Shown here: positions 17,503 through 27,225 of the stretch, piece by piece
How the letters are laid out: every line of letters begins with the position of its first letter
Position numbering within the stretch: position 1 is the first letter of the stretch
Origin: an uncultured Methanobrevibacter sp.
GTDB lineage: Archaea > Methanobacteriota > Methanobacteria > Methanobacteriales > Methanobacteriaceae
DNA: 37,003 nucleotides
Assembly (NCBI GenBank): GCA_902772665.1
Contig: CACYBU010000124.1
Coordinates: forward strand, 1-37,003
Direction of reading: 5' to 3'
Made by a program: the position numbers and the translations under genes
The notes under the pieces: generated by a model
The model's database searches: none
The model's input: the letters and a program-made list of their open reading frames with translations, nothing else
Told to the model about the DNA's origin: nothing

Positions 17503-19848
17503 ATTTTTAACAAAAAAATATTGCACACTATGCTTTTAGCATTAATACTTATTTTTTCAATTAGTGCAATACAGGCAAGTGATGTTAATATAACAGATTC
17601 AGATAATCTCACAAATGTCAGTGACGGAAATATTGAAATTGAAAGTTCACATGATTTGGAATCTGTTAATTCAAATACTTTTTCAACTAACAATGATGAT
17701 ACTTCCTTAAAACAAACAGCTAAAAACCAAACAGAATTAATATCACATACCAATATTACTTATAAGGAATCCTACAGTGTTACATTAAAGGATTCAGATA
17801 ATAATGATGTTTTGGAAAACAGTGCAGGTGATTTTGTTATTAACAGTGTAAACTACACTGCAAATACAGATGGTATGGGCGTTGCCAGTGCTGATTTATC
17901 ATTAAATCCAGACAAATATGCTGCAAATACATATTTCATCGGTGACGATGTATATGAAGCCAGTAACAATCTGACAAATACTCTTGAGGTATCACCTACA
18001 ATCATAGCCGATGATGTTACTAAATATTATAAAGGAAGTACTCAATATAGTGCTACATTTCTTGACAGTAATAGAAATGCCCTGGCAAACAGAAATGTAA
18101 CTATTACAGTCAATGGCAAAACATATACAAGAAAAACCAATGCCACTGGAGTTGCAAATCTGTCTGTTGATTTAAAACCGGGCACATATAAAGTTCTCTC
18201 AACTAACCCGGACACAGGTTATAAGTTAACAACTTCCTTTAAAATTTTATCAACTATCTCTGCCAGCAACCTTAATAAATTGGCCGGAGACAATAAGAAA
18301 TTCAAGGCAAAATTCTTTAAAAGCAATGGTGAAGCATTAGCCAATACATATATTAAGTTTAAACTGAAAGGCAAAATATATAAAGTTAAAACAGATACTA
18401 ACGGTAAAGCAAGTTTATCTGTAAAAAAACTTAAAAAAGGAACATATAAGATTGTATGTTATAATAAGGACGGTTTAACCAAAACTTATAAAATCAAGGT
18501 TTACAATAAGGTTTCAACTAAATTATCAACTCGCTCATATACTTTCTTTAAAAATGAGACTAAAAAAATAAATGTAACTCTCACCAGCAGTTTGGATTAT
18601 TCTCCAGTTTCCGGCAAATACATTAAAATCACTGTAAATGGCAAATCATATTATAAGAAAACCAACACTAATGGTGTGGCATCTCTTAAATTGCCATCAC
18701 TTAAAAAAGGAGTTTATAAAGTTAAGTTTATATTCAGTGGAAATACTCATTATAAAAAATCAAGTGTCTCAAAGTATGTTGTGGTAATCACTACAAGCGA
18801 TCCTACATTAACTGTTAAAAGCACTAAAACATTTGGTTACGGTGCAGGAACTTCATTTAAAGTATCTGTAACAGCCGGTGGTGTAGCATTAGTTAAAAAA
18901 GCAGTTACCTTTGAGGTTAATAATAAAACTTATGTAAAAAGTACTGACAGCAGTGGAATTGCTTTTTTACCTATTAAACTTGATATCGGCAATTATACTG
19001 TTAAATATTCAATTGATAATGATTCCAGAGTAAATGCCAAATCTTCATCAACTCCAATTACAGTTAAACTGAGAGTCAATACCTCACTTAAATGGAAAAG
19101 TGGAACTTCATTTTCAGAATCCTCACAGACTTTTAAAGTGGTGTTGACTGATTCAAAAGGTAAGGCAATTTCCGGTCAGACAGTTAAATTAACTATTAAA
19201 TCCAAAACCTATTCTGCAAAAACATCTTCAAAAGGATATGCAACATTCAAAACAAGTATTGCTGTTGGATCTTATAAAGTTACTGTAAAATTCAAAGGTA
19301 CTAATAATTATGTTGGAAATTCAACATCAAAATCCATTGAAATTACTTATTCAAAGTCAGTTAAAGGAGTCAATGAGAAAAATACCATTAAGGATTTAAG
19401 TTCATATCTTAAATCATCCAGTAATTGTCAGGTAGGAAATTCAAAAATCAAAAAACTTGTAAAATCCCTTACAAGCGGTTTAACCAGTGATTATGATAAA
19501 GCAACTGCCATATTCAATTATGTAAGAGACCATGTATCTTATAGTTTCTATTATGATACTAAATATGGTGCTGTTGGTACACTGAATGCTAAAAAAGGAA
19601 ATTGTGTTGATCATTCACACCTGCTGGTTGCAATGTATAGAACAGCAGGTCTTGCTGCCAGATATGTTCATGGAACCTGCAGATTTAGCAGCGGAAGTTC
19701 CTATGGGCATGTATGGGCTCAGGTTTTAATCGGAGATAACTGGGTTTGTGCTGACGCTACAAGTTATAGAAACTCTTTAGGACAAATTGTTAATTGGAAT
19801 ACGAAGTCGTATAGTTTACATTCAACATATGCAAGTCTTCCATTCTGA
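17503..19848 (+). CDS. Secreted adhesin-like protein with Ig-like repeats and C-terminal transglutaminase-like (papain-fold, PeiW/PeiP-like) domain
   Basis: Signal peptide, repeated KT(N/D)xxGxA...L..G.Y Ig-like units, and catalytic triad GNCVDH / GHVW / ADAT. Start is either ATT 17503 (RBS-supported) or TTG 17521. Confidence 0.88.
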   Translation: MFNKKILHTMLLALILIFSISAIQASDVNITDSDNLTNVSDGNIEIESSHDLESVNSNTFSTNNDDTSLKQTAKNQTELISHTNITYKESYSVTLKDSDNNDVLENSAGDFVINSVNYTANTDGMGVASADLSLNPDKYAANTYFIGDDVYEASNNLTNTLEVSPTIIADDVTKYYKGSTQYSATFLDSNRNALANRNVTITVNGKTYTRKTNATGVANLSVDLKPGTYKVLSTNPDTGYKLTTSFKILSTISASNLNKLAGDNKKFKAKFFKSNGEALANTYIKFKLKGKIYKVKTDTNGKASLSVKKLKKGTYKIVCYNKDGLTKTYKIKVYNKVSTKLSTRSYTFFKNETKKINVTLTSSLDYSPVSGKYIKITVNGKSYYKKTNTNGVASLKLPSLKKGVYKVKFIFSGNTHYKKSSVSKYVVVITTSDPTLTVKSTKTFGYGAGTSFKVSVTAGGVALVKKAVTFEVNNKTYVKSTDSSGIAFLPIKLDIGNYTVKYSIDNDSRVNAKSSSTPITVKLRVNTSLKWKSGTSFSESSQTFKVVLTDSKGKAISGQTVKLTIKSKTYSAKTSSKGYATFKTSIAVGSYKVTVKFKGTNNYVGNSTSKSIEITYSKSVKGVNEKNTIKDLSSYLKSSSNCQVGNSKIKKLVKSLTSGLTSDYDKATAIFNYVRDHVSYSFYYDTKYGAVGTLNAKKGNCVDHSHLLVAMYRTAGLAARYVHGTCRFSSGSSYGHVWAQVLIGDNWVCADATSYRNSLGQIVNWNTKSYSLHSTYASLPF

Positions 19849-19938
19849 TTTTAACTTTTTTCCTTTTATTTTTTTAGACTATTTTTAAATAATCAAATTT
19901 ACATAATATTATTTAGAAAAATTTGTTTGTGTGGTTCA

Positions 19939-20690
19939 ATGAATGATGTTACTTTAGATATTGTAAAAAATAATCGTTATTTTATCAAATCTCCTTTTAA
20001 CGGAAAAATTATCAGCATACTTGTTGAAAACAGAGATTATGTTGATAAAGGTCAGGTTATTGCTTTGCTTAAAACGACAGCACATATGTTGATGTGGAAG
20101 CCGAATACTCGGGTATTGTTGAAATGTTATGCGTCAATTCAGTCAGTGATGTTGAAAAATGGCAGGATCTGGCGGTTGTTAATGTGGAAAATTCAAAGGA
20201 ATTATATTATTTTAATAATATTGCGGTTACTGATAAATCCCCTGATTATGAGGTAATATATGCTTTCCAGCAGGAAGTTCTGCCGGGACTGATATATTCG
20301 GAAACAGAAAATTTCATCAAAGGAATTGCCCTTGATGAAAGAGGTTTTATATATTTTCTGTTTAAGGAATTCTATGAAAACAGCAATATGACTATTCCAT
20401 TTGAAAAGGATGATTTTATCATTATTGAGGAAGTGATTGGAGATATTATTTTTATTGAAATTGATTGGCCCAAACTGAACGGCCCTCTTCTTGCCTGGAG
20501 AACTTATATTTTAATTAATTCAGTTAATCAAAAAATTCAGGTTTTCAATACTGAAAGATATCATGAAGATGATTTGATTATCGTATCTGTTTTGCCTGTT
20601 GACAGTCGACTGAAATACTATAACTATGGTATTGCACCAGGTGATGTGAAACTTGAAAAACAAAAGATTATCAATATATTCATTGAATAA
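19939..20690 (+). pseudogene. Biotinyl/lipoyl-domain-containing protein split by a frameshift
   Basis: IKSPFNGKIISILVENRDYVDKGQVIALLK continues in another frame as NDSTYVDVEAEYSGIVEMLCV...VEKWQDLAVV. One extra A at about 20071-20074 would join them. Confidence 0.7.
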
Positions 20691-20894
20691 TCATCTTTTT
20701 TTCGATATTTTTTTATTTTTACTCATTTTTTAGCCATATTTTTCACACCATTTTTTTTACACTATAAAGTAAATATTGATTTAATGTCGTTAAATTACAT
20801 ACTGGCATCATTTTTGCTTTTAATTTTTCAAATAGCTTATATACTTCTTTGTTTAATAATAATTAATACATTTAATTTATGTAGGTGGATTTAA

Positions 20895-23800
20895 ATGACA
20901 AATTTTGATTTTTTAAAAAATTTTAATAAAGAACTATATGAAATTGGTGTAAAATTGGAAGAAGATGTTATAAAGTCTCCAAGAGCAGTAACAGCGGATG
21001 CAACTCTTTTTCTTGAATGTTTGGTAAAGGATATCTACAGGATTACACATAATAAACTGGATCCTAATTTGATATCATTTTATAAAAAAACCGATAATTT
21101 ATACAGGTTAGGTGAAATTACCTATATTTATAAAGGAAAACTTCAGGATGCTTATAACTTAAGGAATAAAATCCACAATGAAAACCTGAATGAAGAAAAA
21201 GAGAAGAAACTGGCTTATGATTTGCATAAACGCCTGTATTACATCTCAAAAAAATACTTCAGAGATTACTGTGATGAAGAAAAATTCATTCAAATCCCTG
21301 ATTATAAAAAACCAACACAGGTAGATATTCATTTTGACACATGTATTATCTGCGGAAGTTCAAATTTAAAGTCAATATCCAACATGTGTAAAAACTGCAA
21401 TCAGAAAATAGAAAATGCCAATTTCATGTTGAGTGTTCAGAATACATTGCAGGATTACAATTTCACACGTGATGATTTGATTGAGTTGGGAATTGATGAA
21501 GGAAGATCCATTTTACTTTTAATGGATTTGTCAAAGTACAATGCAGTTACTAACCATGGACATTACTACACAATCAATCAGGAAAAATTTGATGATTATC
21601 TATCTGAAATTAATCTGTATGTTGAAATCGGAACTCTGATAACCAAATTTTATAAGGATGAAATTGAACCAGTTGAAATTAAAAAAACAGATGAATATAT
21701 TAAAGGCAGTCAAAATCAAAAGCCTTACCGTGAGTTTTACAAACTTGTAAATCGTAAACTGGAAAAAACATTTGAAGACAATCTGTTGAAATTTGAGGAT
21801 ATTGCTAAAAGCATGAAATTGTCATCAATGGATGAAAGGGAAGTGCAGCATTGGTTTTACCGTGAAAAGGAATCATTTATTGATGGTAGTTTAAACGAAC
21901 CGTTCATATTATACAATGAAATCATGATTAATGATTTCTTCAGATTAAAGAAAAAAGGTCTGGACGATAAGGAAGCACTTAAAGAACTTAAATTGTCCTA
22001 TGACATTTATTATTTCTGGCTGAACCAGTTTATGGGAGGAGGATTTTATAAAAAATCCAGAAATGTCAAAAGGGAAATCATCATTAAAGAACTCAAAAAG
22101 AATAGAACCTTAAATGATGCTATTGATATTGCAGGAATGAGCCGTGAAGAATTTGATAAAATGTACCTTCTCTCAAAAGATTCCAATGACGAATTTTACA
22201 AAAAATTTGAAAAGGAATATACTCAGAAAAGACAGAGATTACTAATCAAACATCTGCAAAAACACAATTTAAATAAGGCCATTAAATTAAGTAAAATAAC
22301 CCGTACTGAATTTTTAAGATGGTATTATCAGGAGGAATCTAATTATTCTGATTTCTATAAGAAAACAACACAGTTGCTGATGGAGAAATATTTATTTTAT
22401 AGAAGAATTGGCTGGAATAAAAAAGGTATTCTTAAACACATCAATGTCTCAAAGGATATGTATGATTCCTGGTCAAGACATTCCGAACTGGACATTTTCA
22501 ATAATTTTAAAAATAAAAATAGTGAAATAACCGCCAGTTTAGTTAAAAAGGGATTGGTTATTAATGGAATTAAAGAAGGTAAAGGAAAAGAGGAAGCTAT
22601 TTTTTCAGCTAATATGACACCTAGGGAATTTTTAGAAATATACAATACTAGTAAAAAGGAAAAAACAGATTTCCACTTGAGATTTGACCTTGAATATGAG
22701 AAAAGCAGGAAGAAAAAATTTATCAAGCATATTGAAAAAGAGGATTTTTATAATTCCATTCTTAAAAGTGAAATTTCACAAAAGGATTTTAACAAGTGGT
22801 ATGTAAAAGACCAAGATACATTTATAGCAAGCAATATTCCCTCTGAATTTTATTTAACCACAACTAAGGCGCTGATGGAAAAATATCTTCAGGCAAGAAG
22901 AGATGGTAAAAATAAACCTGATGCAGCTAAGAGTGTAGGATTGTCAAATACCATTATTAACAGATGGCTGAAACACCCTGAGTTTGATTTGTTTTATGAG
23001 TTTTCAAGGGAAAATAAACAGGTTACCATTGATTTGGTTGTTGAAGGATTTAAAGCAAATAAAACAAAAAGTGAAGTTTCAGTCATTTATGACATTCCAG
23101 TTAAAACAATTGAAGACTATATTGAATTGGGTAAAAACGGATTTATTAAATATGAGGAGTTGTTTGACTTGTATGAGAATAATGTAATTCCGAATCATCT
23201 GGATGTTTTTCTCAATTACTTCAAAAACAAATCATTTAACAAATCCTTGAAAAAAGCCAAATTAACTAAAAAAGAAGTTTATTACTATTCTAAGTTAGGT
23301 CAATCAGGTAATATTAAATTCAAATGTTTTTATAATGATTATTTGGATATGAAAATTGGGATATATGTTGACAATATCTTGTCTAAAAAATCGGCTAAAA
23401 TTGCATGTAAAAATTCCAGTATGACTTCGGAGGAATTTAAAGAAAACCTGGAAAGAATCAATGATTTAATATTGAATGGGAGATTCAGGATAATTGAAGA
23501 TTATCTTGTGAAACATAAAACCAACGGATTGAAACTGGCCAGTATTGCCGGAATGGAAGTTGATGAAATCTATGACTGGTATTTCAGAGGTAAGGATGGT
23601 GAAGAAAAATATGTTGATTTTGCCCTAGTTTTTGAGATTGGTCTTATTCTTCCACGTGTATTTGCCTACTGCAAAGCAAAAAAAGTCGGCATATCAAAAA
23701 ACTGGTTGGAAAAAAGGTTTAAAAAAGACTTGGGCAGTGCTGATTATGAAATCTGGAAAAAATTTGATATTTTCAATCAGAAGGATCTCTTGATTTTTAA

Positions 23801-23987
23801 TATGCATGAGATTTTAAGTGAAGATACTATAATCTCTGTTTTTAAAAACTTCGACTTTCTTTCAGAAGATGATCCTTATGAAACTGATGCTGAGAGATTG
23901 GAATTTGTTAAAAACGTCATAAATTATAATTTCACTCGTGTAATTAAGGGCACTGCCGTTGATCAAAGTAAAATTGCAGGTAATTAA
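20895..23987 (+). CDS. 1030-aa protein: DUF4145/HEPN-like N-terminus, Zn ribbon and about 12 tandem HTH-like repeats
   Basis: MTNFDFLK...LFLECLVKDIY...LRNKIH, then CIIC...CKNC, then repeating ~50-55 aa units such as KPDAAKSVGLSNTIINRW. AGGTGG RBS. Confidence 0.65.
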   Translation: MTNFDFLKNFNKELYEIGVKLEEDVIKSPRAVTADATLFLECLVKDIYRITHNKLDPNLISFYKKTDNLYRLGEITYIYKGKLQDAYNLRNKIHNENLNEEKEKKLAYDLHKRLYYISKKYFRDYCDEEKFIQIPDYKKPTQVDIHFDTCIICGSSNLKSISNMCKNCNQKIENANFMLSVQNTLQDYNFTRDDLIELGIDEGRSILLLMDLSKYNAVTNHGHYYTINQEKFDDYLSEINLYVEIGTLITKFYKDEIEPVEIKKTDEYIKGSQNQKPYREFYKLVNRKLEKTFEDNLLKFEDIAKSMKLSSMDEREVQHWFYREKESFIDGSLNEPFILYNEIMINDFFRLKKKGLDDKEALKELKLSYDIYYFWLNQFMGGGFYKKSRNVKREIIIKELKKNRTLNDAIDIAGMSREEFDKMYLLSKDSNDEFYKKFEKEYTQKRQRLLIKHLQKHNLNKAIKLSKITRTEFLRWYYQEESNYSDFYKKTTQLLMEKYLFYRRIGWNKKGILKHINVSKDMYDSWSRHSELDIFNNFKNKNSEITASLVKKGLVINGIKEGKGKEEAIFSANMTPREFLEIYNTSKKEKTDFHLRFDLEYEKSRKKKFIKHIEKEDFYNSILKSEISQKDFNKWYVKDQDTFIASNIPSEFYLTTTKALMEKYLQARRDGKNKPDAAKSVGLSNTIINRWLKHPEFDLFYEFSRENKQVTIDLVVEGFKANKTKSEVSVIYDIPVKTIEDYIELGKNGFIKYEELFDLYENNVIPNHLDVFLNYFKNKSFNKSLKKAKLTKKEVYYYSKLGQSGNIKFKCFYNDYLDMKIGIYVDNILSKKSAKIACKNSSMTSEEFKENLERINDLILNGRFRIIEDYLVKHKTNGLKLASIAGMEVDEIYDWYFRGKDGEEKYVDFALVFEIGLILPRVFAYCKAKKVGISKNWLEKRFKKDLGSADYEIWKKFDIFNQKDLLIFNMHEILSEDTIISVFKNFDFLSEDDPYETDAERLEFVKNVINYNFTRVIKGTAVDQSKIAGN

Positions 23988-24010
23988 TTTACCTGTTTTC
24001 TTTTTTTTTT
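23976..24010 (+). terminator. Hairpin plus T-tract terminator
   Basis: CAGGTAA-ttaat-TTACCTG followed by TTTTC and T10. Confidence 0.65.
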
Positions 24011-24442
24011 AATTTTCCTATTTGTTGTTGAACTTTCACTGCATTTGGAATTCGGGTAATCAAATGTATACAATATATGTCATAGAAAATGGGTATTACT
24101 TTAGTCAGTTATTTTCAAAAAGAATGTTTTTGTTAAAAAAAAATTTAAATTCAATGTAAGATTTCTTATTTCAGTTATATGGTCTTTAAATAAAATTATT
24201 GTTCATATGTTTGATGTATATTGGATATTTTTCTATTTAATATTGTTAAATTATACTGTTTTTTCAAATACTCATATAAAAATTAATGTTTTAGTTTTAA
24301 TATTCTTATTTGTCTTTATAATTTATTTCATATGTTATAATCTTTTTATAGTTAAATTCAAGCATAAATTAATTTAATACATTATTTTAACTATATATTA
24401 ACCTTATTTTTTAAAATTAAACTCATTAAATTGGATTTAGCT

Positions 24443-24502
24443 AATAAAAAGGTTTATATAAGATATTTGCATATAATATTTAGTAAGCGAGACATATCTC
24501 GT
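24443..24502 (+). promoter_or_regulatory. BRE/TATA promoter plus 5'-UTR hairpin of adhesin-transglutaminase 2
   Basis: AATAAAAAGG-TTTATATA(24453)-AGATATTTG and hairpin GCGAGA-cata-TCTCGT (24487-24502). Confidence 0.7.
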
Positions 24503-24537
24503 AGAATATTAAAAATATTGTTATGGAGGTAAAATAT

Positions 24538-27153
24538 TTGAACAAACAAATATTACTCACTATATTGGTTGTACTTACTGTTGCATTATCAGTTGGTTCA
24601 ATTTATGCTAGTGATGTAAATGTTACAGATGTATATACTACTGACCTGGATAATGATACATCCATCACAACCAGTGAAGATCAAAGTGGGTTATCAGTAT
24701 ATGAATCTGTTGTTGATAATGATTCATCATTTGATGTTTTAAAATCTGAAGATTCAAGTACTTTATCAAATAACATTGATGAGAGTAATATTATATCAAG
24801 TAAATATAATACAACATCTGCTGCTATTGATGTATCAAAAACAATCACTTCAAAAGATATTACTAAGTATTACAAAGGAAGTACAAAATACACTGCAAAT
24901 TTTTTAAACTTAAACAGCACGGTATTGGCAAATACAAAAGTTAAAATTACAGTAAACGGCTATACTTATACTAAAACAACCGACAGCGATGGAGTTGCTT
25001 CCTTGGATATTAACCTTAAACCTGGAACTTACAAAGTTACTGCTCAAAATCCAGTGACCGGTTATAACTTGACTAACACTTTTAAGATTTTAACCACAAT
25101 CACTGCCAGTGATGTCAGTAAGGTCTACACTGATGGTAAAAAATTCTATGCAAAATTCCTTAAAAGTAACGGTAAAGCATTAGCCAATAAGAAAGTTAAA
25201 TTCAAGATTAATAAGAAAACCTATACTATAAAAACAAACAGTAAAGGTGTTGCTGGATTATCATTAAAAAACCTTAATAAAGGAACATATCAGATTATCT
25301 CATATAATAAGGATGGTTTGACAAAAATCAACAAAGTTAAAGTTGTTGGTTCATCAACCACTTCATTAACTGCTTCCGATTACACTTTTATTAAAAGTGA
25401 TACCAAAAAAATTAAAGCAAGGTTGCTTAATAAATTTGGTTATGCGCCGGGTAGCGGTAAAATTATTAAATTTAAAGTAAACGGTAAAACTTATTCTAAA
25501 AAAACAAATAGTAATGGTTATGCTACACTTAAATTACCTTCCATTAAAGCTGGAACATACACTATTAAATATAGTTTCTCCAAATCTGGTGTCTATAAGG
25601 CATCCTGTATAAAAGGCAAACTATATGTTATTCCAAGTAAAAATCCTACTTTCACTGTTAAAAGTACAAAGACCTTTGGTCATGGTGCAGGAACAAAATT
25701 TAAAGTAGCTTTAACATCTGGAAGTGTTCCAATTGTAGGTAAAAGTGTTACACTTACTATTAATGGCAATTCGTATGAGAAAACCACTAATAAAAATGGG
25801 GTTGTTTCACAGGTAATTGATTTGGATTTAGGTAACTATACAGTAAGTTATTCAGTTAAAGCTGATTCTAAAATTAACTTTAAATCTGGATCAACACATA
25901 TTAAGGTTGTTGAAAGAACATCCTCTTCTCTTGAATGGAAAGGATCCACTTCATTTAATCAGGGAACACATTCAACTCAATTACTCTTACTTGATGTAAA
26001 TAAAAATCCTATTTCAGGTGGAACTGTTAAGTTAACAGTAAAGTCAAATACTTACACCGCCACAACTGACTCAAAGGGTTATGTAACTTTAACTGCAAAT
26101 TATTCACCTGGAAATTACACTGTATCTTATGAATTTGTTGGTGGCAATTTGAATTTACCGACTTCAGGTAATGTTAAATTAACTGTATTAAAAGTCACAT
26201 CTATTTCAATTAAAAATATTATAGCAGGAGCCAATACAATTAAATCATATTATGCAAGTAACAGCAAAATACCTTCAACTGTTACAGCAGGTGGTTTAAC
26301 TTTCACTATGCCGGAATTCTTATATTTGATGAGTCAGGCCATTTATCAAATCAGTAAATCAAAAACTAGTGATATTACAATAATCAACGGAGTGAGTACT
26401 CCTAGTTCTCCTTCAGGAGACAATATTAATGCTGATTTAATGAAAACCAATTATATTACTGTTGTAAAAAATACTGCTAATTTCATCAGTAAAAATCATT
26501 TGGCACCTAATTATGCTTCATCAGTATTGGGAAACATAGCTTATGATAAATTAATTGATGCGGAATCAAGAATTCTGTCATTCTATGGCAATAAGGATAA
26601 TAATAATCGTTTGCCGAATTATGTTACACTATCAACTTCATCAGGAAGTAGTTCCGGTCAAAGTGGTTCAGGTTTGAATGAGAAATGTACTGTTAAAGAT
26701 TTATCAGCATACCTTAAAGCCACTACAAATTGTCAAGTGAATAACAATGCAATTACAAAAATTGTTAAATCCGTTACTAGTGGTTTAACCAGTACTGAAG
26801 CAAAAGCAAAAGCAATATTCAACTATGTGAGGGATAAAATATCCTACAGTTTCTATTATGATACTAAACATGGTGCAGTCGGAACGTTAAATGCTAAATC
26901 CGGAAATTGTGTTGATCAGGCACACCTGATTGTAGCAATGTGTAGAAATGCGGGTATTGCGGCTAGGTATGTTCATGGAACCTGTAAGTTTAGTAGTGGA
27001 AGTACATATGGTCATGTATGGGCTCAAGTGTTAGTTGACGGTAAATGGATTGTTGCAGACCCAACAAGTACAAGAAACTCATTTGGAAATATAGTAAATT
27101 GGAATGCAAATTCATTCAGACTTAATAGTATCTATACAAGTCTGCCGTTCTAA
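24538..27153 (+). CDS. Secreted adhesin-like protein with Ig-like repeats, pseudomurein-binding repeats and C-terminal transglutaminase-like domain
   Basis: Signal peptide; PMBR-like IPSTVTAGG...EFLYLMSQAI / LAPNYAS / RLPNYVT; triad GNCVDQ / GHVW / ADPT. GGAGGT RBS supports TTG 24538 (the ATG at 24523 overlaps the RBS). Confidence 0.88.
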   Translation: MNKQILLTILVVLTVALSVGSIYASDVNVTDVYTTDLDNDTSITTSEDQSGLSVYESVVDNDSSFDVLKSEDSSTLSNNIDESNIISSKYNTTSAAIDVSKTITSKDITKYYKGSTKYTANFLNLNSTVLANTKVKITVNGYTYTKTTDSDGVASLDINLKPGTYKVTAQNPVTGYNLTNTFKILTTITASDVSKVYTDGKKFYAKFLKSNGKALANKKVKFKINKKTYTIKTNSKGVAGLSLKNLNKGTYQIISYNKDGLTKINKVKVVGSSTTSLTASDYTFIKSDTKKIKARLLNKFGYAPGSGKIIKFKVNGKTYSKKTNSNGYATLKLPSIKAGTYTIKYSFSKSGVYKASCIKGKLYVIPSKNPTFTVKSTKTFGHGAGTKFKVALTSGSVPIVGKSVTLTINGNSYEKTTNKNGVVSQVIDLDLGNYTVSYSVKADSKINFKSGSTHIKVVERTSSSLEWKGSTSFNQGTHSTQLLLLDVNKNPISGGTVKLTVKSNTYTATTDSKGYVTLTANYSPGNYTVSYEFVGGNLNLPTSGNVKLTVLKVTSISIKNIIAGANTIKSYYASNSKIPSTVTAGGLTFTMPEFLYLMSQAIYQISKSKTSDITIINGVSTPSSPSGDNINADLMKTNYITVVKNTANFISKNHLAPNYASSVLGNIAYDKLIDAESRILSFYGNKDNNNRLPNYVTLSTSSGSSSGQSGSGLNEKCTVKDLSAYLKATTNCQVNNNAITKIVKSVTSGLTSTEAKAKAIFNYVRDKISYSFYYDTKHGAVGTLNAKSGNCVDQAHLIVAMCRNAGIAARYVHGTCKFSSGSTYGHVWAQVLVDGKWIVADPTSTRNSFGNIVNWNANSFRLNSIYTSLPF

Positions 27154-27225
27154 TTTCCTATTTTTCAATTTTTTGATTAAACTTTAATACATCATCCAAC
27201 AAAATTATAGTTAAGGGTGTTTATT

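Noticed and set aside
20066-20080. Programmed -1 frameshift in the biotinyl-domain gene
   Set aside because: There is no in-frame X XXY YYZ heptamer or evident downstream stimulator; a 1-nt deletion or sequencing error is simpler.
24010-24440. Long AT-rich spacer (also 17060-17350) as an origin of replication or ncRNA
   Set aside because: No ORB-like repeats, cdc6 gene or stable structure were seen; it is best explained as upstream regulatory DNA of the adhesin genes.
17503-27153. Provirus suggested by Pei-like enzymes
   Set aside because: The proteins have signal peptides and Ig stalks typical of host adhesin-like proteins, and no integrase, terminase, capsid or att sites were seen.
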